A DNA stretch of 64,000 nucleotides from the human T2T-CHM13v2.0 reference genome, Homo sapiens: assembly GCF_009914755.1 (NCBI RefSeq), contig NC_060938.1, one strand, 5' to 3'. Of the stretch, positions 31,954 through 51,167 are shown piece by piece. Position 1 is the first letter of the stretch; the number at the start of each line of letters is the position of its first letter. Under the pieces are notes generated by a model. The model made no database searches and had not been told where the DNA came from. It saw only the letters and a list, made by a program, of their open reading frames with translations. The position numbers were made by a program, and so were the translations under genes.

Positions 31954-32416
31954 AATTTTGTATTCTTTAAGATATCTTTCTTTATCCCTTCTTTACCCCT
32001 ATTGTTCCCAGCCTCTAGTATCCTCTGTTCTATTTTTTACTTCTATGAATTCAACTTATTTTTAGCTTCCATATATGAATGAGAACATGTGGTGTTTAAC
32101 TTTATGTTCCTGGCTTATTTCACTTAACACAGTGTCCTCCAGTTCCATCCATGTTGCCACAAATAACAGGATTTTATTCTTTTTTTATGGCTGAATAGTA
32201 TTCCATTGTGGACCAAATTTCCTTTATCCATTCATCTCTTATTGGACACCTAGAATGACTCCATATATTGGCTATTGTGAGTAGTGCTGCGATAAATATG
32301 TGCTGATTTCCTTTCCTTTGGATAAATGCCCAGTAGTGGGATTACTGGATTATATGGTAATTCTAGTGGTAGTTATATGAGGAACCCACATACTGTTTTC
32401 TGTCGTGGTTCTACTA

Positions 32417-32820
<404 letters not shown>

Positions 32821-33017
32821 ATAGCCATTTTAACTGAGGTAAGGTGATATCTCATTGTGAATTTGATTTGCATTTCCCTGGTGATTCTTGATGTTGGGTA
32901 TTTTGTCATATATTTATTGGCCATTTGTATGTCTTCGTTTGAGATATGTCCATTCAGATCATTTGCCTATTTAAAAAATTGGATTGTTGGTTTTTTGCTA
33001 TTGAGATGTTTGAGATC

Positions 33018-33746
33018 TGTATTAGGCTGTTGCATTGCTATAAATAGCTGAGACTGGGTAATTTATAAAGAAAAGAGATTTAATTGGCTCAAAATTCTGC
33101 AGGCTGTACAGGCATGGTACTGACATTGCTTGGCTTCTGGGGAGGCCTCAGGAAGCTTTTACTCATGGCAGAAGGTGAAGTGGGAGCAGGCACATCACAT
33201 GGTAAAAGCAGGAGCAAGAGAGAGACAGTTGGCGGGGACATGACACACACTTTTTAAAATTTTTTGTTGAGATGGAGTCTTGCTCTGTCACCTAGGCTGG
33301 AGTGCAGTGGCACGATCTTGGCTCACTGAACCTCTGACTCCTGGGTTCAATCAGTTCTCCTGCCTCAGCCTCCTGAGTAGCTGGGACTACAGGAGCATGC
33401 CACCGGGCCCAGCTAATTTTTGTATTTTTAGTAGAAATGGGGTTTTGCCGTGTTGGCCAGGCTGGTCTTGAACTCCTGACCTCAAGTTATGTTCCCACCT
33501 CGGCCTCCCAAAGTGCTAGGATTACAGGCGTGAGCCACCACGCCCGGCTAACAGACACTTTGAAACAATAAGATATCATGTAAATTCATTCACTATTGTG
33601 AGGACAGCATCAAGAAGATGGTGTTAAACCGTTCACGAGACACTTGCCCCAGTGATCCAATCATCTCCCACCAGGCCCCACCTCCAACATTGTGGATTAC
33701 ATTTCAACATGAGATTTGGGCAGGGACAAATATCCAAATTACATCA
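33018..33746 (-). mobile_element. MSTA/MSTB solo LTR, interrupted by an Alu
   Basis: TGTATTAG...CTGAGACTGGGTAATTTATAAAG...GGGACAAATATCCAAATTACATCA. Confidence 0.9.
33251..33549 (-). mobile_element. AluS
   Basis: Full dimer, TSD ACA(C/G)ACACTTT. Confidence 0.95.
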
Positions 33747-35469
33747 AGTACCTTGTATTGGATATTAAATGGATATTAATATCTGGATATTAAAATATCA
33801 CCTATCAGATGAGTAGTTGGTAAACATTTTCTTCCATTTTCTGGGTTGTCTTTCCACCCTGTTGATTGATTCTTTTGCTATGCAGTAGCTTTTTAGTTTA
33901 ATATAATCCCATTTGTTTATTTTTGCTTTTTTCTAAACCTGTGCTTTGAGGTCTTATTTACAAAATCTCAGACCAATATCCTAAAATGTTTCCCATATGC
34001 TTTACTCTAATAGTTTACAGTTTTGGGTCTTATATTTAGGTCTTTGATTCATTTTGAGTTGATTTTTGTATAGGGTGAGAGGTGGGGTGTAATTTCTTTC
34101 TTCTGCTTGTGGATATCCACTTTCCCCAGCACCATTTATTAAAGAGACTGTCATTTCCCCAATGAGGGTTCTTGGCACCTTTGTCAAAAAACAGTTGGCT
34201 GTAGATATGTGGATTAATTTCTAATTCTCTATTCGGTTCCATTCATATCTGTGTCTGTTTTTATGCCAGTACCATGATTTTTTGGTTACTACAGCTTTAG
34301 AGCATATTTTGAAGCTGATAGTGTGATTCCTCCAGCTTTGTTTCTTTTGCTCAGGATTGCCTTCGCTATTCAGTATCTTTTGTGGTTTTGTTTTATATTA
34401 GCAGAGCTACTCTGGCTCACTTTTGGTTTTTATTTGCATGGAGTATCTTTTTTCATCCCTTCACTTTCAGTCTGTATGTCTTTATAGGCAAGGTGAGTTT
34501 CTTTGTGCAGCATACAGTTGGGTCTTGTTTTTTAAAAAATATATCCAGCCAGTCTATATTTTTTAAATGAGGAATTTAATCTGGTTACATTCAAGTTTAT
34601 TATTGATAGGTGAGGACTTACTCCTGTCACTTTATTGATTGTTTTCTAGTTGTTTTGTATATCATTTGTTCCTTACTTTCTCTCTTATTGTTTATTTTGA
34701 GGCTGGTTTATTGGTGATGAATTACCTTAGTTTTTGCTTGCCTGTGAATGATTTTTTTCTCCTTCATTTCTGAAGGATAGTTTTGCTGGCTATAATATTC
34801 TGGGCTGACCGTTTTTTTCTTTCAGTACTTTTAATATATCATCCCACTCTGTCCTGGTCTGAAAAGTTTCTGCTGAGAAATTCCCTGTTAATCTATTGGA
34901 GATTGCTGTATATTTGATTTGATGCTTTTCTCTTGCTGTTTTTAGAATTGTTTCTTTGTCTTTGACTTTTGACAATTTGATATAATGTGTTTTGGAGAGG
35001 ACCTGTTTGGTTTGAATTGACTTGAGGTTTTTTGAGCTTCCTGAACCTGGATATCAATTTCTTTTCCAAGATTTGGGAAGGCTTTAGATATTATTTTATT
35101 GAATATGTTTTCTATACCTTTCTCCTCTCTTTTTCTGAAACATGAATGATTGAATATTTGTTTGCTTAATGGTGTCCTATAAATCTTGTGGGCTTTCTTA
35201 ATTTTTAAAAATTATTTCTTCTTTTTTTGTCTGTCTATGTTATTTTAAAACATATGTCTTCAAGTTCAGAAATTCTTCTGCTTGGTCTAGTCCATTGTTG
35301 GAGCTCTCAGTTATATTTTTTATTCCATTTCTTGAATTCTTCAGCTCTCAGATTTCTGTTTGGCTCTTTTTTATATCTATCTCTTTGCTGATTATCTCAT
35401 TCAAATCATAAATTGTTTTTCTGATTTTGTTACATTATCTGTCTGTATTCTCTCATATCTCACCGAGTT

Positions 35470-35650
35470 TCTCTACAAAAAAATGAAGAAAAAATTAGCC
35501 AAGCATGATGACTTGTGCTTCTAGGAGGCTGAGGCAAGAGGATTGCTTGAGCCTAGGAGTTCACGATTGTGCCACTGTACTTCAGCCTGGGTGACAGAGT
35601 GAGAACTTGTCTCTGGAAAAAAAAAAAAAAGACAAAGAACAAGAAAAAAT
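35470..35650 (+). mobile_element. Alu right-arm fragment (J-like) with poly(A)
   Basis: GGAGGCTGAGGCAAGAGGATTGCTTGAGCC...GCCTGGGTGACAGAGTGAGA. Confidence 0.85.
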
Positions 35651-35734
35651 GCAGTAAAATTAGGCTCTGTACCTCAAAAGCTAAAACAGCACACAACGAT
35701 GCTCAGTGTGCAGCCTTAGTAAACTAGTCAGAAC

Positions 35735-36090
35735 CATTCACTATTAGTGGTCATTTATCAGGAAGGATGCTTTGTGAAACTGGTCAGCTGCCATGTTGAA
35801 ACCACAGAAATGGAGGAGAGTCTGGTTGCAGCGTCAGGCAGTTGACTGAAGTTAGTGGAGGAGTGTGTCTTTTGTTCTTTGTTTTATGGGGCTGGTTTCT
35901 GTTTAACTCTTAGTAAAAGAAAATAAAAGTCTGAGAATGGTTAGCAAAGAAGAGAGTGTACTGAGGTGTGACCAACCTCCCATCTTGTCGTGGCTCAAAA
36001 ATTTAGTTTTTCAAGTTTTTCTGGAGTCTCCTTGGCCAAGAAGGGTTCATTCCGTTGGTTGGGGGTGCTTAGGATTTATTTTTATTTCAC
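35735..36090 (-). mobile_element. MER4-group ERV1 LTR fragment
   Basis: Reverse complement begins TGTGAAATAAAAATAAATCCTAAGCACCCCCAACC. Confidence 0.6.
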
Positions 36091-36104
36091 AGAATCTATC
36101 ACGT

Positions 36105-36435
36105 AGATATTTGTATAATCATTACAAACGCTATTACTCTCATAATCTTATTTCAATTCTCACAATTTTATGAGGTCAGTAGGACAGATGTTATTCATTT
36201 TATACATAGGGAAACTGAGGTTCTGGTAGGTTAAATGTCTTGCTCAAGATCATAAAGGTACTAACTAGCAGAATCAGGATTTAATAATCATTTATTCCCA
36301 TTGTTATTGGTAATAATAATCTGTACTCTTTGTTGAAGGTCTGATACAAGTCACAGAGTTAAAGAGTGTCAGAGCTGGGCTTTGAACACTTGTTTCATCT
36401 TAAAGACTAAGCTCTTTGTTATACCATTTTGCCTT
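36105..36435 (-). mobile_element. MIR fragments
   Basis: GGGAAACTGAGGTTCTGGTAGGTTAAATGTCTTGCTCAAGATCA; second AAGTCACAGAG...AGAGCTGGGCTTTGAAC. Confidence 0.75.
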
Positions 36436-37445
36436 ATTAAATCAAGACATGTTGGGATTGTGTAGTACAGACTTTCCTTCATAGGAATTCAGAGGAGAGA
36501 AGTGCTCAGGAAGGGTTTTCGGCACGTCGTCAGATATGAATTAGACCTGAAATGATGAGTAGGAATTGGAAAGGAAAGAGGAAGGAGAGAGAAAACGTGG
36601 CAGAAGAGCAGAGAAGAGGAAGAAGAGGAGAGGAATGTGGGATAAATGAGGGGAGGGGGAGTTCATCCGAAACAAAGGAGCCTTCATAAATAAAAACATC
36701 GAAGAATAAATATAAGAAACTGTAAAGCCCAACTACATTAATGTGACTGATGTGTGGTTAGGGTGTGAGGACAAGTTAGATTATTGAGGTAGTCTTTGTG
36801 GCCCTTAGAAAATTGGCAGGTCAGTTAAAATTTATAACTAGCAGAATGATCTTTTAGAAAGTTTACTTCCACATGGAACTATGTCTGTTCCTGGTTGTGT
36901 GGAAGCTGAGGGCATGAAGTAACTTTTTACATTGAATTTAATTTTTCTTGTGTATTTAGAAATTATCACGCTGGAACAGACTAGGAGTCTTATAGAGTAG
37001 GGTGAAATCCCTCAGTAGTTCAATTGATTGTATTTGTAGTACTATTCCTTGGGGTGGGGGGAAATCTCATTTCAATCCCAGCTAGAAGTCACCTTATCCA
37101 CTAATGCCTCAGGATTGAGACCCATTGTATAATTTTAACAAGAAAGTATGTGGTAATGAACTGTCATGTCTTGGAAAAGGTACAAATCAAACAGGCCTTT
37201 TCCATCTTTTATTTCCATAAAGCTCTTTCCAGAGTGACAGACTGACACATACAGTTTTATTCCTAGTATGTCTTTTACGTTTAACTTTTAAAAAAAATTG
37301 CTTGTGAATAGATAACAAACCTTGATAAATCAAATAGGAAATATTTGCTTAGTAGACTATGTGCTCAGAGAAGGCTATTGTGTATAATTATATATTATGT
37401 ATGGCAGAACTCTTCACAGGTTTGCTATTATTTTTTAAATTCTGG

Positions 37446-37770
<325 letters not shown>

Positions 37771-37827
37771 TAAATCACATTAATTATATGCATATTTAAA
37801 ATTCCACAAATAGATAACTATATATAT

Positions 37828-38215
37828 CAGATAGAATTCTTTGGCCTGCAAGTAAGAGAAGCCCCAACTTAACTAATTTAAACGAGGACATTTGTTTTCT
37901 CAAATAACAGAGCATCTAGAAGTAAGGTAGGCTACAAGTTTAACTGCTTTAGTAGCTCATTAATGGCATTATGGACCTAGCTTCTTTCTGTTTTCTATTA
38001 TGCCATCTGCAATGTCAGGCTTCAAACTAAGGCTGATTCCCTTTGTGATTTTTAAGTGGCTGCAACTGAGCTACATGTTTTCTTGTTCATGTGCAGCTGT
38101 CCAGCTGTAGGAGACACCAAGTTTTTTCTCACTCTGTTTTATAAACAAAGAATAATATTTCTAGAGGCTTCTAGCATTTCTCTTTTCATGTCTAATTGAT
38201 AATAATTATGCCACT
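37828..38215 (-). mobile_element. Old MLT1 LTR fragment
   Basis: GAATTCTTTGGCCTGCAAGTAAGAGAAGCCCCAACTTAACT typical of old MLT1 ends. Confidence 0.5.
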
Positions 38216-38216
38216 A

Positions 38217-40991
38217 CAAGCATATCCCAGAGATTTGTGGGTTTAGTTGCAAACCACCACAATAAAGTGAATATTGAAATAAAGTGAGTCATGTGAATTT
38301 TTTGGCTTCCCAGTGCATAAAAAGTTATGTTTACCCTACACTGCAGTCTGTTAAGTATACAATAGCGTTATGTCTAAAAAACAACCTACATACCATAATT
38401 TAAAAATGTTTTACTGCTAAAAAATGCCAATGATCATCTGAACCTTCAGTGAGTCATAATCCTTTTGCTGGTGGAGGCTCTTGTGTTGATGTTGATGACT
38501 GCTGACTGATCAGAATGGTGGTTGCTGAAGGTTGGGGTGGCTGCAGCAATATGACAATAATAAGTTTGCCTCATTGTTTGACTTTTCCTTTCATGAAAGA
38601 TTTCTCTGCAATGTGCAAAGCTATTTGCTAGCATTTTACCCATAGTAGAAGTTCTTTTAAAAATGGAGTCAACCCTCTCAAACCCTGCTGCTGCTTTGTC
38701 AGCTATCTGTATATAATATTCTAAATCTTATTCTGTCATTTCAACAGTGTTCACAGCATCTTCACTAGGAGTAGATTTCATCTCAAGAAACCACTTTCAT
38801 TGCTCATCCATAAGAAGCAACTCGTCACCTGTTCAAATCTTATCATGAGATTGCAGCAATTCAGTCTCATCTTCAGGCTCCATTTCTAATTCTAGTTCTC
38901 TTGCTATTTTTATCACATCTGCACTTACTTCCTCCACTGAAGTTTTGAAGCTTTCAAAGTCATCCAAGAGGATTGGAATCAACTTCTTCCAAATTCTTGT
39001 TAAGGTTTATATTAGTCCATTTTGCATTGCTACAAAGAAATGCTGGATGCTGGGTAATTTATAAAGAGGTATATTTGGCTCACAGCTCTGCAGGCTGTAA
39101 AAGAAGCGTGGCACCAGGATTGGCTTCTGTGAGGCCTCAAATTTTACAATCATGGCAAAAGGTGAAGGGGGAACTTGTGTGTTACATAGCAAGGGAGGGA
39201 GCAAGAGGGGGATGCCAGGCTGGTTTTAAACAACCAGCTTTCGTGTGAACTAATAGAGCAAGACTTCACTTATTACCATGGGGAGGTCACTAAGCCATTC
39301 ATTAAGGATCCACCTTCCTGGCCCAAACACCTCCCACCAGGTCCCTCCTCCAACATTGGGGATCACATTTCAACATGAGATTAGAAGTGGACAAATATCT
39401 AAACTATTTCAATGCTGATATTTCAGTCTCCTCCCATGAATCACAAGTGTTCTTAATGTCATTTAGAATGGTGATTTTTCTTCCCAGAATATTTTCAATG
39501 CACTTTGCCCAGATCCATGACAGCAGTCACTATCTATGGCAGTGATAACCTTACAAAACATATTTCTTAAATAATAATACTTGAATGTTGAAATGACTTC
39601 TTGATTCATGTGCTGCAGAATGGATGTTGTAATAGCAGGCATGAAAATAACATTAATCCCTTTGTACATCTCCATCAGAGCTCTTGGATGACCAGGTGAA
39701 CAGTCAATGAGCAGTAATATTTTGAAAGAAATTTTTTTCTGAGTAGTGGGTTTCAACAGTGGGCTTAAGATATTCAGTAAACCATGTTATCCATAGATGT
39801 GAATCATCCAGGCTTTGTTCTTCCATCTCTAGAGCATAGGCAGAGTAGATTTAGCACAACTCTTAAGGTCTCTGGCATTGTTGGATTGATAAAAGATCAT
39901 TAGCTTCAACTGAAAGTCACCAGCTGCATTATTCCCTAACAAGAGTCAACCTGTGCTTTGAAGCTAGGCATTGACTTTTCCTCTTTAGCTATTACAGTCT
40001 AGATGGCATCTTCTTCCAATAGAAGACTGTTTTGTCTACATTGAAAATCTGTTGTTTAACATGGCCACTTTCATCGATGATCTCAGCTAGATTTTTTGAG
40101 ATAACTTCTTTTAGCTTCTACATTAGCACTTGCTGCTTCACCTTTCACTTTTATGTTATGGAGATGGCTTGTTTCCTTAAACCCCATGAACTTACCTTTG
40201 CTAGTTTCTAACTTTTCTTCTGCAACTTCCTCACATCTCTCAGCCTTGATAGAATTAAAAAGAATTATTAGGGCCTTGCTCTGGATTAGGCTTTGGCTTA
40301 AGGAAATCTTGTGGCTGGTTTGATCTTCTCTGCAGACCACTCAAACTTTATTATCAATAATGAGTCTGTTTTGCTTTCCTATTATTTATGTGTTCACTGG
40401 AATAACACTTCTAATTTCCTTAAAGAATTTTTTCTTTGCATTCAAAACTTGGCTAACTGGTGCTAGAGGCCTGGCCTTCTGTTTATTTTGCTTTCAACTT
40501 CCCCACTAAGCTAAATCTTTCCTAGCTTTTGATTTAAAGTGAGAGACATGCAACTCCGTCTTTCACTTGATCACTTACAGGCTATTATAGGGTTGTTAAC
40601 TGTTCCAATTTCAATGGCGTTGTGTCTCAGGGAATAGGGAGGCCCAAGGAGAGGGAGAGAGACAGAGCCCTCAAAACACACATTATATTTATATATTAAA
40701 ATTGCCATCTTATATTGGAGTGGTTCTTGGTGCCCCTAAAACATTATAATAGTAACATCAAGGATCACTGATCACAGATCACTGTAACAGATATAATAGT
40801 AATGACAAAGTTTGAAATACTGTGGGAATTACCAAATGTGACACAGAAACAGGAAGTAAGCATATGCTGTTGGAAAAATGGTGCCAATAGACTTGTTCCA
40901 TGTAAGGGTTGCCACAAACCTTCAATTTATAAAAAAATACACCATCTGAGAAGCACACTAAAGTGAAGCACAATTAAACGAGGTATGTTTC
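38217..40991 (-). mobile_element. Full-length Tigger1 (pogo/TcMar DNA transposon), decayed
   Basis: TA|CAAGCATATC left end, GAGGTATG right TIR; transposase peptides [12 protein letters not shown] and [22 protein letters not shown]; ~2.4 kb after removing the MST. Confidence 0.92.
39008..39411 (-). mobile_element. MST solo LTR inside Tigger1
   Basis: TATATTAGTCCATTTTGCATTGCT...GGACAAATATCTAAACTATTTCA. Confidence 0.9.
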
Positions 40992-41971
40992 CACTCATTC
41001 TTGAACAAATTATTAGCAAACTTAAGCTTAGATACAATTCTGAAACCATAGTTTTATTATTCAATGGGACAATGGTAGAATAAATATTGGGTGTCTTTTA
41101 TAAGGTTCACCACTGTTACTTTATTCAATGGTTCTGGACTTAATCTGCTATACTTTTTAGTTTACATTATAACCTTTCATATTGTATCATTATTATACAA
41201 AGCACAATATGGTAGAAATCATCTATCACAGAGGCATTTATTAGATATAAAATATCTTTTTTTCCTATTTTTGAGTGGTTATAAGAATCTGCTTGAATAA
41301 ATTTCAGATATCTGGGAAACCAAAACTTAAAATGCTTCTCCCTCACTGCCACTGCTGGCCTAGATCAGGAAGAATTTCTGAGGGTAGTAACAGAGTGTTA
41401 ATCTTCAATTATTAGAGAAAATGCTAAAATTCCATAGGGCAGAGCTTCAATCAGACAATGGGAATAAATCACAAGATAGACTGGTGGCAGGTATAAAGTT
41501 GGCAGAAGCTATAGAATAGTCTCTTCTAGAATTTTCCATGATTTAAACCTTTTCTTAGTGTGTATAGTTTTTAAGTCTGTGTTTTGAGAAGAGATATAGG
41601 CTTAAGTGTGCATATATGCTCATATCTGTATATTGGAAGAGGGAGAGGATTTATAGCTTTGCAATAGGATTACTATCAAAACGAATAGCCAGCTGATTAT
41701 TCAGAATGCGAGACCTAAGCCTAGCTACTCTGAGCAATAGAAAAACAAAAGTTCAATACTTGCTCTACCATAAACTTTGAAAAATATATTGCTCTGACAG
41801 TGACAGAAAGCCAAACACTAAGATATTTCTTATTGAATGTAATGATTCTCTTATCTTTAGTTTTTGTCAGCAGTTTAGGGCTTTAGCAATTCCAAACTTT
41901 TGCTGTGTCAAACATTGTGTTAAAGAAGAAACACATTTGGGATTGATATTGTGTTTTTCAATTATACTAGG

Positions 41972-42092
41972 TTAGTTCATTTACTCATTAAATATATGTT
42001 GAAATACTCCAATGCTGTGCTAGGTGCTGAGGATACATTGGTGAACAAAACATCTCTCTGCATTCATGATTCTTACAATTTAGTAGAATATG
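41972..42092 (-). mobile_element. L2 3' fragment
   Basis: TTCATTTACTCATT...TGTGCTAGGTGCTGAGGATACATTGGTGAACAAAACA. Confidence 0.7.
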
Positions 42093-44057
42093 GCTGGAAG
42101 CTAGAAAATTGGTTTGGTAATGATGTAGACTGCTGAAAATGAAGACCAGAAGGAGCCTCATAGTTATTCCAGTCCATAGTCTCATGTGAAAGAGTTAGGG
42201 ATGAAAATCTAGACAAGTTTCATTACTTGGCTGAGGTCAAATTAAGTCAATGGCAGATCCAGAAATAGAACCAATCTCTCTGCTCACTAACTCCCAAGAT
42301 CCTTTTTGATGACACTGAACTCGTTCATCTTGGTGAAGTGCTGGATCAGGAATGCAACACAGTGTCTCTGAGAGTCACAGGGTGTGCCATGTTACCCTTG
42401 GAGGTTCAGTTCACTCCTAAATCAGGTCCTGAATGTGAAGCAGACATCGTTTGGACATTATCTCATTTTCAAACTCCAGTAAGGTATATTTGCGTCACAT
42501 TATCTTACAAAAGCAAACATTTAGAATACTAAGTAGCTGTGAGATGATTATTATTTTTTAAATAAATGAGGTAGTTTAACAGATAAGGCATATACCCCAA
42601 TAATACAGATGATACATCTTTGTAATCATTCTGCATTGTTTCATCTGGCTGTGAGAGTACTGCCAAGGAAACTGGAAGAATTGGGTTTCATGAATTATTC
42701 ATTGAATTCAGTTTAACACTCTCATTATTTATAGTGTTTCAGGTTAGTCTGTGGTGCTATTTGCCTTAATAAGGATGGGAATAATGACTTGACAGTGTAT
42801 CTGTTTGTATTATTGTGTGTTATTGTTTACTGAAATAAAGCCCAAGGTATTTTTAGAAATATACCTCTTTAAAAAGTCATGGCTGAAAAATACTACATTC
42901 CATACTTCGGGGCCTAAAAATTTTTATTTGTATAAAATATTTTATTCTTTAATGAATATGATTAACAAGGGGGCAGCATTCACATTTAAGGTATTGTTTC
43001 TTGTTCTGCTAATGCATGGTGGGACTGTATAAGTCTTTCTAAGCCTGGTTTATCTTGGAATTTAAAAAGTAGTATTTAAAGAGACAAACTAGAACAAGCT
43101 TGATTGACGGTGGTTTATATACTGCTGCTCTGACATTTGAATTTGAATCATGGATATCTATTTTAGAGAGAAAAGTTTATATGTTAGATCATAGCAATTA
43201 TTTCTTGAGTTATTTGTTAGATTAAATTTATGTATACGTTGCATTCAATGGGTAAACATATTTGATGGGCCATTTCTGAAGAATGCAATTTATTAAATCT
43301 CAGCATGAAGGGAGGTATTTTTTGCTTATTTTTTGGGAGTGTTTCATTAGGATCTATTAATGGTTGCCTATTAAAGTAACAGGAGAGACTAGAAGAGAAA
43401 GGAAAGGTATTTAGATGAAAGAGCAAGAAATAATGAATCACTAATACCCAGAAAATATTTCTAATAATTTTCTACACTATTGGATTTCTTGCCATTTTAA
43501 AAGAAGCTAGATACATAGCCATAGCTCTATACAACAATGGTTGGGGGATTAGTTTGAATTTCCTTAGCCATATAGTTTTCCATCTCTTTTGGATGTAAAG
43601 CACCGTGCTTCTCTTCAATCACACATGCCATTTTTAATTGTCAAGCTGTGATTAGATCACAGTGCAGGCAACTTTGTCTTAATTTGAAGTGTGATTCAAA
43701 GCTGCTTTGTGAGGATTTGCCAACAGTCCTGTAGTTCACCTCTATTTTGGAGAAAATTCACAGATTGGTTATATAAAAAATTCATGATCTCTAACATCAA
43801 CTGGGATCTCAATGCTATTGAGAAATCCTTTTATGGTTCCTTAGTCATGTCTTTCCTATTTTTCACAGCAGCTACTTAAAATTTCTTTATCCTCTTCAAG
43901 TTAAACCCCTCCACTTCCTCCATTATTATTAACAGATAACCCCACTTTCTCCTTTTCAGAGAAAACAGAACATTGGATGCATACTTCCTCATTCCCTGCT
44001 ACTGATAAACAACTTGACCTAATACAGCCGTCCTTTTATTTTCCTCCTGTGAAATGA

Positions 44058-44486
<429 letters not shown>

Positions 44487-44500
44487 TAATACCATAACCT

Positions 44501-45365
<865 letters not shown>

Positions 45366-45887
45366 CTTCCCATAAGCATTTAAACATATTCAGTTTTCTC
45401 CTATTTTAAAACAAAACAACAGCACAAAATTACTACTCAAAAACAATAATCAAATCAATAAAATCTCCCTGTAGCAACAACTCCTTCTAATCCTGCCTTA
45501 TTTTTCTCCTTTTTCTTTTTCTACTTTACATTCGAGCCTCTTGGAAATGTTGTTCATGTGCTCTGTTGCTGTTTCATTACTTGCATTTATTTTTCAATCT
45601 GTTTGCAGATAGCATCCTTTCACTTCACTGAAGTACTTCTGTCAAGGTCCTCACTTCCTTGTAGCTGAGTCCAATGGGCATTTTCCAGTTCCTTTTACTA
45701 TTACTTGACTTATCAGTAGCATTTGATGCTGCTGACCCAGTCACACTCTCTTTTTCCTGAAATACCCTCTTCCAGTAGTTGCTCTGGCATGTTACTCTCC
45801 CATATTTCATCCAGTTTCTCTGTCTTGCTCCTTTTCAGTCCCCTTTGCAGAATCCTTTCTTGCTGTCCATTATTTACCATTCTTTAG

Positions 45888-46334
<447 letters not shown>

Positions 46335-46495
46335 CACAATTATCTTTTAAATCAAACCCAACAACTTTCTTATCTTTATTTGTTTATCATGCATATATCT
46401 TACACTAATAATATCTCAAACCCCATTTAATATCTTCCTTTCAAACTTTCTCCCCCTACTATGTTTCCAGTCTCTGTGAAAGGCATCTTTATCCA

Positions 46496-46650
46496 TGTCA
46501 ACCTAAAATAATCAAAAGGCTCAGGATCCAGTTAAAAGAGTTTATTCAAGTGCAAAGTGTGAGGGCAGCTGTTTGGAAAGCATTAAGGCTTAACTTTTCC
46601 CCTTGGCATAATAAATTTGAAAGGTCCTTAAATTTTGTTCTCTTTTTACA
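46496..46650 (-). mobile_element. 155-bp internally deleted ERV1-type solo LTR
   Basis: TG...CA ends, 4-bp TSD TCCA, TTTATT (AATAAA on minus). Confidence 0.65.
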
Positions 46651-47192
46651 TCCACCATGTAGTAAATTCAAGAAACTCAGCACCATTCACACCTGTTCTT
46701 TCTCTCACCTCCATCATATCAACTAGCAAGTTGTGATGACTGTAATTTTAAAAATATTTTTTGGATCAGTCCATTTATCTCCATTCCCTTTTCCATTTCC
46801 ATTTGTTCAAGCCCTTTTGACTTCCTCCCTGGATTACCATAAAACTTCTAAACTGTTGTCTTAGTGTCTACTCTTGCCCTCTTGTAATCCATTCTCCACA
46901 TTCTCTTACAAAATACAAATCTGAATATGTCATTCTCCTACTTAAAATGCTTCTATTCAATTTCTCTTGTCTGGCAATGCCACATTTAACAATTGTTACA
47001 GTTTTTAAATATATTTTAATGTTTAAAGCCTCACTAATTTTCCCTTTTGAAAATTTTGGCTATTCCTAAATCTTTCAAAATGAATACGTCTGTGGAAATA
47101 AAGTAGTGCACCAAAGATTCATTCCACACTTTCATTACTGCCCCTCAGGGGAAATATGTTTGTAGAGGACAATACCAGAAAAAGGGATATAC

Positions 47193-50068
<2,876 letters not shown>

Positions 50069-51167
50069 CTAGTGAGTTAGGTTAGTTCTGGAGGACTTTT
50101 TTTCCCTAGAAGAGTCCGATCAAAGTGCACTCCTTTTCCCTCAAGCTTTCTCTGGTTCCCACATAGCTGTTTAAGGGGAAAGAAGGCAATGAGGTATAGG
50201 TGGAGAGAGTGCCTCTTCCCCCAAAAGTGAAATACTTGAGTTCTATCTTATGTCTCCAGCATCATGGAAGTTAGACATTCTCAAAAGATACCTAGCACTA
50301 TAACCCAAAGATTACCTTGGAATTTGTCTAGTTTACAAGAAGACTCTTCCTTCTTATGGACACAGAGAATGGGGACAGGGAGGGATGAGGAGCCTTCAGA
50401 ATTTTCCTCTAGAATTAATAGTGGTTTGTTTTACTACCTTTCTTCAAGAAACTGGCATTGGAATTGTGCTAACATCAAATTCAAAAATATATTTCTTTGT
50501 TGGATGCTAATTATTGAAGAGGAAAATTTCATTAACAATATGTTTACTGATAACCCAGGGGTGAATTTTTTTGTGTCTGTTTCTGGCTTCTTAAAATTAA
50601 AGCTGGAGACTTAGCACATAGAGCAACCTGATAGAGGTGATTTCAAGGCCATTGTGCTTTATATAACTCCAGGGGATGCTATTCAAACAGACTATAAAGT
50701 ATGTGTGTGTGCCTTTCACACAAATTTCTCAGTGCATAATGCCCATGGAGTTTTCAAATGTAGTAGTGGCCCAGGTGAGTCTTTGAGGGACTAAACTAAT
50801 ATGGTCCAACTATGTAGACTTTTGGTGGTCCAACTTGATTCTTATCTTTATTTTTATAGTAATGTGAAACTGTCTTTTTCTTAGACTTTGTAAATAGTTT
50901 AGAGCATGTAGAGAAAAAAAGGCAGATCGTTTTCTTTTAGGGCAATTTGTCTCAAATTTTCTTGCCTAGGTCTGTAAAGAAAGAGGAAAACAGACAATTT
51001 GAGGTTGTATTTTTTGACAAGGGCATAGAATCCTTTCTATGAATGACTGAAGGCAGGACCGCGTGGGATAAAAACAGATAAGAAGGTAACAAAGTTAGCA
51101 TTCTATTCTGAAATGTCAGGAGCCTAATCAGTGTGCTGGCTTGAGTGGAAAACTGGGCGATTTTTAT

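Noticed and set aside
39463-40340. TIGD/JRK-like domesticated transposase
   Set aside because: Fragmented frames inside a decayed Tigger1 interrupted by an MST LTR
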